36,588 nucleotides of DNA from a bacterium (GCA_023249285.1 JAHFCZ010000003.1:1-36588); one strand, 5' to 3'; shown: positions 1 through 11,100, counted from the first letter of the stretch. Numbers and translations are program-made. The notes: generated by a model from the letters alone, not told the origin.

Positions 1-192
1 AGATTTGTTGCTCTTTTCGCCCGAATTGTCCTCTCGAATTTCGGATCCACATGCAGTGATTCCCAAAAATACGGATATTCAGTCGTTAATCCATAATTTG
101 CATTAAGCTGTGTTACGATGGGGGCATGAAAAAGCGCCTTTTTATCCAAGGCAAGCGTTATGACGCCCAGCGGGCCAGACTAAGGCTGCTAT

Positions 193-2400
193 ATGGCGAT
201 TAAGCCCTTCCAATTAAAAATTATCGGGATGGATAATCCCCACTGCATGGGAACCGTTCGTCGCGCCATTGCTTCACTACCCGGAATCTTGGATTTGAAG
301 TTAGCCGTTAATCAGAGAGCGGTGATCTTATTTGATCCGACTAAAACGTCAGACTCTGTTATTCTCAACACCATTCGTGATGCTGGATATGAGCCAATTT
401 TAGAATCCGAAGCGACGGTAGACCGAGAAAAACAAGCTCGTCAAAAAGAAATCCAAATTTTATCCATCAAAACTGGGATATCGATGGGTTTGGCCATCCC
501 GTTGATGATTTTGACGATGGGGCCAGGATTTGGGCTTCAACTACCCCAATGGATTTTGGCGCACATGGCCATGATTCAGTTTAGTTTGGCCACCCCGGTG
601 ATGGTTGTGGGATACCAATTTTTTACACAGGGTTTTTATTCGGTGGTCCGCGCCAAGTCGGCGAACATGGATACCTTGGTCAGCTTGGGTGTGGGTGCTG
701 CATATCTTTATAGCTTGTTCGCATTTAATTCTCACCATCTCTATTTTGAAATAGCTGCATTTTTAATTGCTTTTATCTTGTTGGGTCGGCTCTTGGAAGC
801 CTTCGCAAAGGGGAAAACCTCTGCGGCTATTAAAGCTTTGATCGGGCTGCAAGCTAAAACCGCGATTGTCTTACGAAATGGTAAGGAAGAAGAGATCCTG
901 ATTGAAGCGGTCCAAATTGGAGATGTGGTGCTCGTGAAGCCGGGCCAGAAAATCCCTGTGGATGGCGAAGTGACGCAAGGCAATAGCTCTGTGGACGAGT
1001 CGATGATTACGGGCGAGCCGATCCCTGTTGAAAAAATAAAAGGAAGTATCGTTATTGGTGGGACAGTCAATAAAACGGGCAGTTTCACAGTGCAGGCGAC
1101 CCATGTTGGGTCGGAAACAGCGTTGGCGCAAATTATCAAATTGGTTGAAGAAGCCCAAGGGTCTAAAGCTCCCATTGAAGCCATTGCGGATAATGTTTCG
1201 GCTGTTTTTGTGCCTCTGGTTTTGGTTGTGGCGGTTCTTTCATTTGGGATTTGGTTGTGGGCTGGGCAATCGTTTTTGTTTGCGCTGACGGTCTTCATTG
1301 CAGTCCTGATCATTGCCTGTCCCTGTGCTTTGGGGCTTGCAACGCCGACGGCTATTATGGTGGGTACCGGATTAGCTGCTCAAAAAGGGATTTTGATTAA
1401 AAGTGCGGCGGCCTTGCAAACTGCTCATACTATCCAAGCGATTGTGTTTGATAAAACGGGAACCCTGACTGAGGGAAGGCCAATGGTTACCGATATTGTC
1501 CCTCTTTCATCCGATGAAAAAGCCCTCCTTTCGGTTGCGGCTAGTTTGGAAAAAAGGAGCGAACATCCTTTGGGAGAAGCTATATTGGCTGAAGCAAAGG
1601 CAAAAAATAGTCCGATGAACGACGTCTCTGAATTTGATTCTATCACTGGTCATGGTATTAGAGGGGTGATAGAAGGGATCCTCTATTATTTTGGTAATTC
1701 AAGACTGATGAATGACCTCCAGATTGATCTTTCTTCAACAGGGTCAGCCGTAAACGTGTTACAATCCCAAGGGAAAACGGTGATGTTTTTAGCGACCAAA
1801 ACATGTTTATGCGGATATATTGCCGTTGCGGATCCCATAAAACCCTACTCAAAAGCAGCGGTTCAAACGCTTCAGGTCCTGGGAATCCAAACCATCATGA
1901 TCACGGGTGATAATGCCCAAACGGCCAATGCCATTGGGCAGGCTTGTGGGATATCTACCGTCCTAGCGGATGTGCTCCCCAAGGACAAAGCGGATGCGAT
2001 TAAAAAGCTGCAAGACCAGGGACTTAGAGTTGCGATGGTGGGGGATGGTATCAATGATGCCCCAGCGTTGGCTCAGGCGGATTTGGGTATCGCAATGGGA
2101 GCTGGGACGGATGTTGCGATTGAATCGGGGGATATGGTGTTGATTAAAGATGATTTGAGAGACGTGGTGATCGCAATGGATTTGTCGCGCTACACCATGC
2201 GTAAGATTAAGCAAAATTTATTTTGGGCTTTTTTGTATAACATCCTGGGTATTCCGATTGCAGCAGGTGTGTTGTATCCAGTTTTTGGATTTTTACTCAA
2301 TCCTATGATCGCGGGCACTGCTATGGCATTTAGTTCTGTTTCGGTGCTGGGCAATACTCTTTTAATGAATACGTATCGGCCTATTGGTAGTGTAAAATAA
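193..2400 (+). CDS. copA: Heavy-metal (Cu+-type, P1B) translocating P-type ATPase
   Basis: 735-aa ORF. N-terminal HMA-like domain has GMDNPHC where GMTCxxC is expected. Actuator motif TGEP, TM6 CPC ([12 protein letters not shown]), phosphorylation site FDKTGTLT, hinge [13 protein letters not shown]7/TM8 YN and MAFSS motifs are typical of Cu+ pumps. AAGG lies 7 nt upstream of the ATG. Confidence 0.9.
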   Translation: MAIKPFQLKIIGMDNPHCMGTVRRAIASLPGILDLKLAVNQRAVILFDPTKTSDSVILNTIRDAGYEPILESEATVDREKQARQKEIQILSIKTGISMGLAIPLMILTMGPGFGLQLPQWILAHMAMIQFSLATPVMVVGYQFFTQGFYSVVRAKSANMDTLVSLGVGAAYLYSLFAFNSHHLYFEIAAFLIAFILLGRLLEAFAKGKTSAAIKALIGLQAKTAIVLRNGKEEEILIEAVQIGDVVLVKPGQKIPVDGEVTQGNSSVDESMITGEPIPVEKIKGSIVIGGTVNKTGSFTVQATHVGSETALAQIIKLVEEAQGSKAPIEAIADNVSAVFVPLVLVVAVLSFGIWLWAGQSFLFALTVFIAVLIIACPCALGLATPTAIMVGTGLAAQKGILIKSAAALQTAHTIQAIVFDKTGTLTEGRPMVTDIVPLSSDEKALLSVAASLEKRSEHPLGEAILAEAKAKNSPMNDVSEFDSITGHGIRGVIEGILYYFGNSRLMNDLQIDLSSTGSAVNVLQSQGKTVMFLATKTCLCGYIAVADPIKPYSKAAVQTLQVLGIQTIMITGDNAQTANAIGQACGISTVLADVLPKDKADAIKKLQDQGLRVAMVGDGINDAPALAQADLGIAMGAGTDVAIESGDMVLIKDDLRDVVIAMDLSRYTMRKIKQNLFWAFLYNILGIPIAAGVLYPVFGFLLNPMIAGTAMAFSSVSVLGNTLLMNTYRPIGSVK

Positions 2401-2455
2401 GTCCTGCTGATGCAGGAACGATATCCTGAGCGCCGTATCTCATTATTGGAACACC

Positions 2456-4981
2456 ATGAGCCCTGAATTATTTTCTCTGCCGTATCCTTTCTCTGGACTC
2501 ACTGATCAAGCGGCTGCAGCTCAACTCAAAAAAGATGGCTTTAATGAAATTCGCCATGCCGGACAGCTGGCGTTGCTAGGTACGATTTTTGAAATTCTAA
2601 AAGAGCCTATGTTTGGGTTGCTGTTGGGTACCGTTTGCATTTATTTCCTTTTGGGCGATCCGCAAGAAGCAGCGATGTTGCTGGCCATGGTGAGTTTGGT
2701 GGTGGGTATTACCATCTATCAGAAACGGCGCACAGAAAAAGCGGTGTTTTTGCTCAAAGAGCTTTCCAGTCCGCGTGCTTTTGTGATTCGGGACGGCAAG
2801 CAGGATCGGATTCCCGGGCGGGAAGTGGTACGTAACGACCTCATTTTTATAAGTGAAGGGGACCGCATCCCAGCAGATGCTCAAATTGTATCCAGCCTTA
2901 ATCTATCTGTAGATGAGTCGATGCTGACCGGTGAATCACTGCCTGTCTATAAACCAGCAAAAGAGAGTGTTTATGCCGGTACATTGGTGGTAAAAGGATC
3001 CGGCTTTGCCCTCGTTACCGTCACTGGGGCATGGACACAAATGGGTAAAATCGGAAGCTCGCTCACGACTATCGCCCGAAGCAAAACCTTACTCCAAACC
3101 GAAGTCAACCGAATAATGGTAGGGCTCCTGGGTATCGGCTTAGCAACTTGCGCTGCGGTAGCACTCCTATACGGATTTGTGTACAACGAATGGTTAACCG
3201 GTAGTTTGTTTGGCTTGACGTTGGCAATCGCCATGATCCCAGAAGAATTCACGGTTGTGATCTCCGTATTTACGGCACTGGGTGCCTGGCGCATGTCGAA
3301 AGTGGGCATCTTAGTCCGGCAAACCTCGATCGTGGAAACATTGGGCGCAACGACCGTTTTATGCACCGATAAAACTGGGACGCTGACTCAAAATCAACTG
3401 AGCATCCATACACTGTGGTGCGAGGGGAGTCGCTGGGAGACAGGCCTGATCAATCCGGTACCTGAATCCTTTCATGCCATTATTGAATTTGGGGTGTTGG
3501 CCAGTCAACAAAACCCATTAGATCCGATGGAGCAAGCCATATTTCAATTTTTAAAAACGAATATGGCCAATGCCGCTAACCATTGGCATCCGAAATGGGA
3601 GTTGGTCCGAGATTATCCGTTATCCGAACAACTATTGGCCACTTCCTTGGTATGGCGGGCAGCGGAGGTCTCACAACTCATCATCGCCACCAAAGGGTCT
3701 CCCGAAGCGATCATAGATCTGTGCCATTTGGACGCATTCACTACCGTACAGATCGAAGCTGCAGCAAAAGAAATGGCCCAAATTGGACTGCGTGTTATTG
3801 GCGTGGCTACTGCTCGATTTCAATCGGATACCAACCCGGTATTGCCCGCCAATCCACACGACTTCGCATTCGAATTTTTAGGCCTAATCGGATTTACGGA
3901 TCCCCTACGTCCCAATGCAGCAGCTGCTGTGGCCGAATGCCAAAATGCGGGGATACGAGTCGTGCTGATGACCGGAGATTACCCCGCTACCGCACTAAAC
4001 GTCGCCCAAACAATAGGGCTAAGTAACCAGACGCAGGTACTGACGGGTGCTGAGCTTCAAACCTTATCCGACCCCGATCTGGAAGAGAAGCTCAAAACCG
4101 TTTCTATCTTTGCGCGGATGCAACCCGCCCAAAAACTACGACTCGTACAAATTCTTAAAAAAAATGATGAGGTTGTTGCGATGACAGGGGATGGCATAAA
4201 TGATGCGCCGGCCTTAAAAGCCGCTCATGTGGGAATCGCAATGGGAAAACGTGGTACGGATGTCGCCCGCGAGACCGCCGACCTAGTGCTTACGGATGAT
4301 AATTTTGCCTCCGTTGTAGCAGCTATACGAAAAGGGCGACATATCTACCAAAACATCAAACGCTCGTTTGCTTATATATGGGCCTTGCATATCCCTATTG
4401 CGGGTCTGGCCATCATTCCGTTAGTGGTGGGTTGGGAGCCCATTTTCATGCCGATACACATTGTCTTTTTGGAATTAATTACGGATCCGGCCTGTTCCCT
4501 GCTTTTTGAAGCGGAGCCGGAAGCGCCAGACTTGATGCGGGCCCCTCCCCGCGGACTAAAACAGCCCATCTTCGACTGGCCGATGATCGTGGACTCCAGT
4601 AGTCGTGGTGCGCTCATTACCATGGGGTGTGTCGCGGTGTATTTTGTCGTTACCGTGTTCCTCAATCAAAGCCCAGCTGCAGCCCGTACAACAACATACG
4701 CTACGCTAATTGTTTCCAATTTAACATTGATTTTTAGTTACCAACTCCAAACGAAATCACCGCTAACGATTCTGTTGCAATCGAAAAATAAGTTTCTTTG
4801 GCCAATGGTGCTGGTAAATTTTACAATTTTGATGCTGATTTTGTTTGTCCCGGCGTTAAGAGACTTGTTTCATTTTGTAACGCTTTCCCTGGCCAATTGG
4901 ATACTAATCCTAGTGCTTGGGATCGGATCTGTATTAGTACTGCCTCAAAAACGTGCCCTAAAGGGTATTAATTTTCTATAA
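2456..4981 (+). CDS. Cation-transporting P-type ATPase, P2-like (Ca2+/Mg2+-type; ion not assignable)
   Basis: 841-aa ORF with LTGES actuator motif, CTDKTGTLTQN phosphorylation site, [13 protein letters not shown] hinge and TM4 IPEEF. The long hydrophobic C-terminus is consistent with a 10-TM pump. Confidence 0.87.
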   Translation: MSPELFSLPYPFSGLTDQAAAAQLKKDGFNEIRHAGQLALLGTIFEILKEPMFGLLLGTVCIYFLLGDPQEAAMLLAMVSLVVGITIYQKRRTEKAVFLLKELSSPRAFVIRDGKQDRIPGREVVRNDLIFISEGDRIPADAQIVSSLNLSVDESMLTGESLPVYKPAKESVYAGTLVVKGSGFALVTVTGAWTQMGKIGSSLTTIARSKTLLQTEVNRIMVGLLGIGLATCAAVALLYGFVYNEWLTGSLFGLTLAIAMIPEEFTVVISVFTALGAWRMSKVGILVRQTSIVETLGATTVLCTDKTGTLTQNQLSIHTLWCEGSRWETGLINPVPESFHAIIEFGVLASQQNPLDPMEQAIFQFLKTNMANAANHWHPKWELVRDYPLSEQLLATSLVWRAAEVSQLIIATKGSPEAIIDLCHLDAFTTVQIEAAAKEMAQIGLRVIGVATARFQSDTNPVLPANPHDFAFEFLGLIGFTDPLRPNAAAAVAECQNAGIRVVLMTGDYPATALNVAQTIGLSNQTQVLTGAELQTLSDPDLEEKLKTVSIFARMQPAQKLRLVQILKKNDEVVAMTGDGINDAPALKAAHVGIAMGKRGTDVARETADLVLTDDNFASVVAAIRKGRHIYQNIKRSFAYIWALHIPIAGLAIIPLVVGWEPIFMPIHIVFLELITDPACSLLFEAEPEAPDLMRAPPRGLKQPIFDWPMIVDSSSRGALITMGCVAVYFVVTVFLNQSPAAARTTTYATLIVSNLTLIFSYQLQTKSPLTILLQSKNKFLWPMVLVNFTILMLILFVPALRDLFHFVTLSLANWILILVLGIGSVLVLPQKRALKGINFL

Positions 4982-6331
4982 TATTACGTAATCCAAATAA
5001 TTTGGAACCGTTGCATCCCAGCCAAATTTAACCTTGAGTTTAGACTGTAAAAACGTTGCGGACTGGGCTTCGCCATGGGTGATAAACAGTCCTTTTGGGG
5101 GGTGGGTTAAGGGGCTTAGCCATGCCATTAATTCTTCGTAGTCGGCATGGGCTGACAAGCTGCTGATCATTTCAACCTTGGCTTTAACAGGAACTATTTC
5201 GCCAAATATTTTAACTTCGGGCTCTCCTTTCATCAGGAGATCACCGCGGCTACCACCGGCCTGAAAGCCGGCAAAAAGTATCGTATTTTTTGAAGAAGGA
5301 AGCATTCTTTTAAGATGATGCAATACGCGGCCGCCTGTTGCCATGCCGCTTGCTGAAATAATAATTTTGGGCTGGTCTAAAAAATTAATGTTTTTTGATT
5401 CTTCGACACTACGGGCGTATGTGGCCACATGGCAGGTGTGTTGACAATCACTCTGACTCAGCCGAAGTTCACTTTGATATTTATACATCAACTGACTGGC
5501 ATCAATGGCCATAGGACTGTCCAAAAAGATAGGAAGTTGATCTGGAATCCGTTTGCCGACCTTTAATTGATAGAGAAAATATAACAAACTTTGCGCACGC
5601 CCTACGGCAAAGGAGGGGATTAACACAGACCCCCCACGATCGATTGTTTGCTTAATGACGCGCTCCAAACAATCCAACGGGTCTTCTTTTTCGTGCAGTC
5701 GGTCACCGTACGTGGATTCCATCACAATGTAATCCGTTTTGGGGATAGTATCGGGTGCTTTTAATACCGGATCGTGGGGTCGTCCCACATCTCCTGAAAA
5801 TAAAATAGAGGTTCGATCATCTCGTATCTCAAGACTGGCTGCGCCCAATATATGTCCGGCATGATGGAATGTCACCTGAAGACCTGCAATTGAAAGCGGC
5901 GTTTGAAAATTGCAAGGAATAAAGTGATCAAAGGTTGCTCGTGCATCTTGTTCCGTAAAGAGCGGAAGTGCTTTTTTATGTTTTGAATACTTATATTTAT
6001 TAGCACGTAAGGCGTCTTTTTCCTGGAGGTGACCAGAATCAGGAAGTAGTAGGGTACAAAGGTCTCTTGTCGCGTGGGTACAATAAATGGGCCCATTAAA
6101 CCCATTTTTTACAAGAAGCGGTAAATACCCGCTATGGTCGATGTGAGCATGCGTCAAAATAACCGCATCGATCGATTTGGGATCGATAGGAAGTGGGCTC
6201 CAGTTTCGGAGTCGAAGCTCTTTGTATCCTTGGAACAATCCACAGTCAATTAGAATTTTTTTGCCGTGCACGTCCAACAAATATTTAGAACCGGTTACGG
6301 TTTTAGTTGCGCCCCAAAATGTAAGTTTCAT
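4976..6331 (-). CDS. MBL-fold metallo-hydrolase of the beta-CASP (RNA-metabolising) type
   Basis: 451-aa ORF with the HAHIDHSG metallo-beta-lactamase motif near the N-terminus. Length and later His/Asp motifs fit beta-CASP proteins. AAAGG lies 8 nt upstream of the ATG. The 3' end overlaps the convergent ATPase gene by 6 nt. Confidence 0.85.
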   Translation of the reverse strand: MKLTFWGATKTVTGSKYLLDVHGKKILIDCGLFQGYKELRLRNWSPLPIDPKSIDAVILTHAHIDHSGYLPLLVKNGFNGPIYCTHATRDLCTLLLPDSGHLQEKDALRANKYKYSKHKKALPLFTEQDARATFDHFIPCNFQTPLSIAGLQVTFHHAGHILGAASLEIRDDRTSILFSGDVGRPHDPVLKAPDTIPKTDYIVMESTYGDRLHEKEDPLDCLERVIKQTIDRGGSVLIPSFAVGRAQSLLYFLYQLKVGKRIPDQLPIFLDSPMAIDASQLMYKYQSELRLSQSDCQHTCHVATYARSVEESKNINFLDQPKIIISASGMATGGRVLHHLKRMLPSSKNTILFAGFQAGGSRGDLLMKGEPEVKIFGEIVPVKAKVEMISSLSAHADYEELMAWLSPLTHPPKGLFITHGEAQSATFLQSKLKVKFGWDATVPNYLDYVIL

Positions 6332-6384
6332 TATTCAAGCCTTTTGGGGTGTCACTAACACTTTTTGGTTGTATGAATAGGCCC

Positions 6385-6419
6385 GGCTATTTCTCATCCC
6401 TCTTGTTTCTGCTTTTTGT
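6385..6419. repeat. Copy 1 of a ~34-nt direct repeat (ggct-a-tttctcatccctcttgtttctgcttttt-gt)
   Basis: The 28-nt core at 6390-6417 is identical to 6634-6661, and the flanks ggct and gt are shared. It lies 54-88 nt upstream of the MBL hydrolase start. Confidence 0.8.
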
Positions 6420-6536
6420 GTCGAACCAAGAGGTTCTGAGATTCGCAATTTCTCGAGACGCGCGGACTACCGAAGAGCGGCGCCTTCAGGCATAGCGGAG
6501 TAGTTAAGCGGATTGAAAATTGTAAAGATCAGGTTC

Positions 6537-6555
6537 TCTGGCGGAGAGCGAGGGA
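6537..6555 (-). repeat. Exact 19-nt copy of the tRNA-Ser 3' end and flank (tctggcggagagcgaggga; also at 6672-6690)
   Basis: Direct comparison of the two stretches shows 19/19 identity. The copy covers the T-stem 3' strand, the acceptor 3' strand, CCA and 2 flanking nt. No cloverleaf can be folded around the second copy. Confidence 0.8.
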
Positions 6556-6628
6556 GCTATTATACGGGGCTAGCGTCGCCCCCTCCATCGAAATGAATTC
6601 GCTGGAGCCTCCCCCTCACGCCCTAACG

Positions 6629-6664
6629 GGCTGTTTCTCATCCCTCTTGTTTCTGCTTTTTTGT
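6629..6664. repeat. Copy 2 of the ~34-nt direct repeat, immediately 3' of tRNA-Ser
   Basis: Same sequence as 6385-6419, except for one a/g difference and one extra t in the T-run. It sits about 10 nt beyond the tRNA CCA end. Confidence 0.8.
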
Positions 6665-6673
6665 AACTGAATC

Positions 6674-6761
6674 TGGCGGAGAGCGAGGGATTCGAACCCC
6701 CGGAGCCTTGCGGCTCAACGGTTTTCAAGACCGCCGCGATCGACCACTCTGCCAGCTCTCC
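6674..6761 (-). tRNA. tRNA-Ser (anticodon UGA), class II with long variable arm and encoded CCA
   Basis: The reverse complement reads GGAGAGC-TG-GCAGAGTGGTCGATCGC-GGCGGT-CTTGAAA-ACCGT-TGAGCCGCAAGGCTCCG-GGGGG-TTCGAAT-CCCTC-GCTCTCC-G-CCA. It has a 7-bp acceptor stem, a 5-bp anticodon stem (one G-U), loop CT-TGA-AA, a canonical TTCGAAT T-loop and a long variable arm. Confidence 0.93.
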
Positions 6762-6878
6762 GTCGAGGATTTTATCATTGCTCTTGGACTTGAACAACAG
6801 GGAACTGTTTGGGATTAGACTGGGCACGTTTCAGCTGTAACGCAAAGCGCTTCTCTATTTTTTCAGAATAAAATCTGG

Positions 6879-6907
6879 TTGCAAACGCAAAAATTACCTT
6901 GTAAAAT
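6879..6907 (+). promoter_or_regulatory. Candidate sigma70-type promoter of the carA operon (TTGCAA-17 nt-TAAAAT)
   Basis: -35 TTGCAA at 6879-6884, a 17-nt spacer, and -10 TAAAAT at 6902-6907. This is about 55 nt upstream of the carA ATG at 6963 and is the only good hexamer pair in the 200-nt gap. Confidence 0.5.
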
Positions 6908-6962
6908 GCCGGCCATATTTCTCCCGTTTATAATTCGTTATGAAAAGGATTTTTCAGAAGTT

Positions 6963-8162
6963 ATGAGCTCATTGTTTACCTTTCGCGAAAATTTAAATGC
7001 GGTGTTGGTCCTTTCTACTGGGGAGTATTTTTTTGGTGTTGGAGTGGGTCAGTGTGGTTCTGTTGAGGGTGAGATCTGTTTTAATACAGGAATGACCGGA
7101 TATCAAGAAACGTTGACAGATCCCTCGTATGCGAATCAGATCATCACCTTTACGTTTCCCCATATTGGTAATGTTGGGGTTAATCTTGAGGATAATGAGT
7201 GTGAACGTCCGTTTTGCAAAGGATTGGTTATTCGTGAAGATATTACGAATGCCTCTAATTTTCGTGCTACGCAGCATTTGAATGCTTGGTTAGTTCAAAA
7301 TGGTCTAACTGGTATTGCTGGTGTAGATACCCGTGCTTTGACACAGATTGTTCGAGATAAGGGAGCGTGTCACGTTCTTATTTATTTTGGAACAGCAGGA
7401 GAGACAATTGATGTTCAAAAATTGGCGGCATCCATTGTGGATCGGCCAAGTTTGTTAGGGTGCGAGCTGACTCATGTGGTTACGACAGCTTCTCGATATG
7501 TTTGGACTGAGAAGTCTTTTAAGTTGGGTCAAGCTTTTTTTGAGAATATGCGCACGCATTCACATACTGTTGTTGCCTTGGATTATGGGATTAAGCGTAA
7601 TATTTTGAGATTGTTGGCTGACGAAGGTTTTCGTGTGGTGGTGATGCCAGCGACATCGACTTTTGAGGAAATTATGTCGGAGTCCCCAGATGGGGTCTTT
7701 TTGTCTAATGGTCCTGGAGATCCGTTTGAGACTTCTCGATTTACGGCTCCGGTTTTGCGTCAGTTGTTGGCTAAGAAAGTGCCTATTTTTGGAATTTGTA
7801 TGGGCCATCAGTTATTGGCTTTGGCGCAGGGTATGGAAACCGTTAAGATGCATAAGGGCCATCGCGGAACCAATCAACCTGTTCAACATTTAGCCTCTAA
7901 ACGTGTTTATATCACAAGTCAAAACCATGGTTTTTGTGTTTCAACTCAGCATATTTCGGATGATGTTGAGATTACCTATCTCTCTCTTTTTGATCAATCT
8001 GTCGAGGGATTGAAGTCCAAGAATGCACCGGCTTTTTCGGTTCAATTTCACCCAGAAAGTTCTCCTGGCCCTCATGATACCCGGTTTCTGTTTCAAGAAT
8101 TTAAAGCCATGATTTTGGCACATATTAGTATGAAAGAAGGGCTTTATGCCAAAACGAACTGA
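6963..8162 (+). CDS. carA: Carbamoyl-phosphate synthase small (glutaminase) subunit
   Basis: Motifs [16 protein letters not shown], glutamine amidotransferase nucleophile GICMGHQLL, and [10 protein letters not shown] chose the start at ATG 6963 ([21 protein letters not shown]) because homologs begin here and the predicted promoter lies inside the longer TTG-6879 ORF. Confidence 0.9.
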   Translation: MSSLFTFRENLNAVLVLSTGEYFFGVGVGQCGSVEGEICFNTGMTGYQETLTDPSYANQIITFTFPHIGNVGVNLEDNECERPFCKGLVIREDITNASNFRATQHLNAWLVQNGLTGIAGVDTRALTQIVRDKGACHVLIYFGTAGETIDVQKLAASIVDRPSLLGCELTHVVTTASRYVWTEKSFKLGQAFFENMRTHSHTVVALDYGIKRNILRLLADEGFRVVVMPATSTFEEIMSESPDGVFLSNGPGDPFETSRFTAPVLRQLLAKKVPIFGICMGHQLLALAQGMETVKMHKGHRGTNQPVQHLASKRVYITSQNHGFCVSTQHISDDVEITYLSLFDQSVEGLKSKNAPAFSVQFHPESSPGPHDTRFLFQEFKAMILAHISMKEGLYAKTN

Positions 8163-11100
8163 TATCAGTAGTATTTTGATTATTGGTGCGGGGCCTATTG
8201 TGATAGGGCAGGCATGTGAGTTTGATTATTCGGGTACACAGGCGTGTAAAATCCTTAAAAATGAAGGCTACCGAGTTATTTTAGTGAATTCAAACCCAGC
8301 GACGATTATGACTGACCCCGAAACAGCGGATGCCATTTATATTGAGCCGATTACGCCGGAATTTGTAGAGAAAATTATTGCAAAAGAACGTCCCGATGCA
8401 CTGCTCCCTACTGTCGGGGGGCAAACCGCACTGAATTGTGCGATGTCATTGCATCAAAGTGGGGTGCTTGATCGATATAAAGTAATCATGATTGGGGCTA
8501 GTCCCCACGCCATTGAAAAGGCTGAAAATCGCAAGCTTTTTAATAAAGCGATGTCTAAAATTGGGCTAGATGTACCTAAGCATGCGGTTGTTAATTCCCT
8601 TGAAGACGCATTAAAAGCCTTGCCTGAGATTGGTCTTCCTGCGGTCATCCGCCCCTCGTTTACGCTTGGTGGAAGTGGTGGTGGAATCGCATACTCAGAA
8701 GAGGAGTTTCGTGGGATTGTATTAAATGGGCTTTCTCTTTCTCCGACCACTGAGGTGGTTATTGATGAATCCATCGTTGGGTGGAAAGAATATGAAATGG
8801 AAGTCATTCGGGATAAAAATGATAATGCAATCATTATTTGTTCCATTGAAAACATTGACCCTATGGGCATCCATACGGGGGATAGTATGACGGTGGCTCC
8901 TGCACTCACTTTGACAGATAAAGAGTACCAAATTATGCGGGATGCTTCGATTGCAGTGCTTCGTGAGATTGGGGTTGAAACGGGTGGCTCTAATGTTCAA
9001 TTTGCAGTGCATCCGCTTACGGGACGTTTGATTGTTATCGAAATGAATCCGCGAGTTTCTCGCTCTTCTGCTTTAGCCTCAAAGGCGACAGGTTATCCCA
9101 TTGCAAAAGTAGCCGCAAAGCTTGCGGTTGGGTACACTTTAGACGAAATTGAGAATGATATTACAAAGGTAACCCCTGCTTCGTTTGAGCCTTCTATAGA
9201 TTATGTTGTCACTAAAATCCCTCGATTTACTTTTGAGAAATTTCCAAAAGCAAGTTCGTTGCTATCTACCCAAATGAAATCAGTGGGTGAGGCGATGTCG
9301 ATTGGGCGATCTTTTTCTGAAAGTTTCCAAAAGGGACTCCGGTCTATTGAGCAAGGTTATTGTGGGCTTAATGAAGTCGAAATGGAAGGGGTGGATCCTG
9401 GGAAATCTTATCTAGAAAATAAAGAGACTATTAAAAAGATATTGTCGCAATTTTCACATCTTCGTTTTTTGCATATTGCGCAGTCTATGCGATTGGGTTG
9501 TCCCCAGGATGATATCCAAGAATTTACTCATTTTGACCCTTGGTTTATTGCGCAAATTCAAGCTATTTTAGTCTTTGAAGAGCGATTGAGAGCTGACGGT
9601 TTTCCCAACTCTAAGGATGGGCTTCTGGCCTACAAAAAAATGGGCTTTTCTGATTTAAGAATTGCTCAGTTGTGTGGAAAATCTGAGAAAGAGGTCAGGC
9701 AAAAAAGGGCGGATTGGAACTTACATCCGGTTTATAAAAAAGTGGATACTTGTGCGGCTGAATTTTCTTGTAATACGGCCTATCTTTACTCTACTTATGA
9801 AGGAAATGCGCTCCAGGATGCGGTGTGTGAAGCTGCGCCGAGTTCTCGTAAGAAAGTGATCATTTTGGGCGGGGGGCCAAATCGCATTGGTCAGGGTATC
9901 GAGTTCGATTATGCCTGCGTGCATGCCGCCTATGCGTTAAAAGAGTTAGGTATTGAGAGTATTATGGTGAATTGTAACCCTGAAACGGTTTCAACTGATT
10001 ACGATACTTCTGATAAACTTTATTTTGAGCCCTTAACTTCTGAAGATGTCTTAGAAATAGTTGCAACCGAACAAAAAAATGGTGAGGTTTTGGGTGTTAT
10101 TGTCCAGTTTGGTGGTCAAACACCTTTAAAGTTAGCCAAAACTCTTCAGGAGGCCGGAGTGCCCATTATTGGTACGCAACCTGATATGTTGGATTTGGCT
10201 GAAGATCGCGAAAGATTCAAAGCGTTACTCGATCAATTAGGGCTTGTTCAACCTAAAAATGATATTTGTTTCACGCTTGAAGATATTCAAGGTGCTGCTC
10301 AACGTGTTGGGTATCCTGTGGTTGTAAGGCCGTCTAATGTTTTGGGTGGGCGTGCGATGGAAGTGCTTCTTTCTGAGCGGGATTTGACAAGTTATATTGA
10401 CCAGCATGGGGCGCATATTTTAGATGGTCCAATTTTGATTGACAAATTTTTAGAAAATGCCGTCGAAATTGATGTCGATGTTCTTTCGGATGGTAATCAA
10501 GTATTTGTTGCCGGGATTATGGAGCAGCTTGAGGAGGCGGGTGTTCATTCAGGGGATTCTGCCTGTTCTATTCCTACTGTTTCATTAAGCCAGGATCAAC
10601 TTCAAGAAATTACTGCAGTGAGTGTAAAGTTAGCTAGGGCCTTACATGTTGTAGGATTGATGAATCTGCAGTGTGCTTATCAGAATGGCCAGCTTTTTAT
10701 CTTGGAAGTCAATCCTAGGGCGTCTAGAACTGTTCCATTTGTGGCCAAAGCGACCGGTAATAGTTTGGCTAAAATTGCGGTCAATCTGATGGTTGGGAGG
10801 TCGTTATCTGAATTTAATTTAAAGAGTGCTACGCCGGAGCATTATTCGGTAAAGGAGGTTGTGTTTCCGTTCGGTAGGTTTGAAAATACAGACAGTGTTT
10901 TGGGTCCTGAGATGAAGTCAACGGGTGAAGTGATGGGTGTCGATACTTCCTTTGGGATGGCCTTTTTGAGAGCTCAGGAAGCTGCTGGTAATAAAATACC
11001 TATGGAAGGCAATGTATTTATAAGTGTCAGGGATCGAGATAAACCATTGATACTTGAAGCTGCTAAACTATTTTCGAAGCGATCCTTTTCTCTTTTTGCA

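Noticed and set aside
1-96. Possible 3' end of a plus-strand CDS entering from the left edge (frame 1, stop at 94-96), or a minus-strand start at 52
   Set aside because: Only 31 codons (or 17 for the minus option) are visible and no motif is recognisable. It cannot be supported from this window.
127-204. 25-codon ORF ([25 protein letters not shown]) overlapping the copA start
   Set aside because: It has no SD and no known family, and conservation cannot be assessed. It is most likely a chance ORF in the copA leader.
2401-2420. 6-bp hairpin (TCCTGC-tgat-GCAGGA) right after the copA stop, considered as a terminator
   Set aside because: The stem is short, no U-tract follows it, and the next ATPase gene starts 36 nt later. 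It does not meet the criteria for an intrinsic terminator.
6420-6673. tmRNA, a second tRNA or a tRNA pseudogene around the duplicated 3'-end fragment
   Set aside because: The GGGGC-GACGCTA-GCCCC hairpin lacks a TTCRA T-loop. Thirteen extra nt separate it from the acceptor-like strand. There is no matching 5' acceptor strand and no tag-peptide reading frame. Only the 19-nt fragment is really tRNA-derived.
6570-6827. 85-aa minus-strand ORF from the ORF track
   Set aside because: It is read straight through tRNA-Ser and the repeat region and has no SD. Its translation is low-complexity, so I treat it as spurious.
6879-6962. N-terminal 28-aa extension of carA in the ORF track (TTG start at 6879)
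   Set aside because: CarA homologs start near MSSLF...AVLVL. The best promoter hexamers lie inside this extension, and the extension has no SD.
6940-6966. 8-codon uORF (MKRIFQKL) whose TGA overlaps the carA ATG, considered as a possible leader peptide
   Set aside because: Its AAAAGGA is more simply the carA SD. There is no attenuator hairpin or U-tract and no Arg or pyrimidine-related codon logic, and a uORF this short arises easily by chance.
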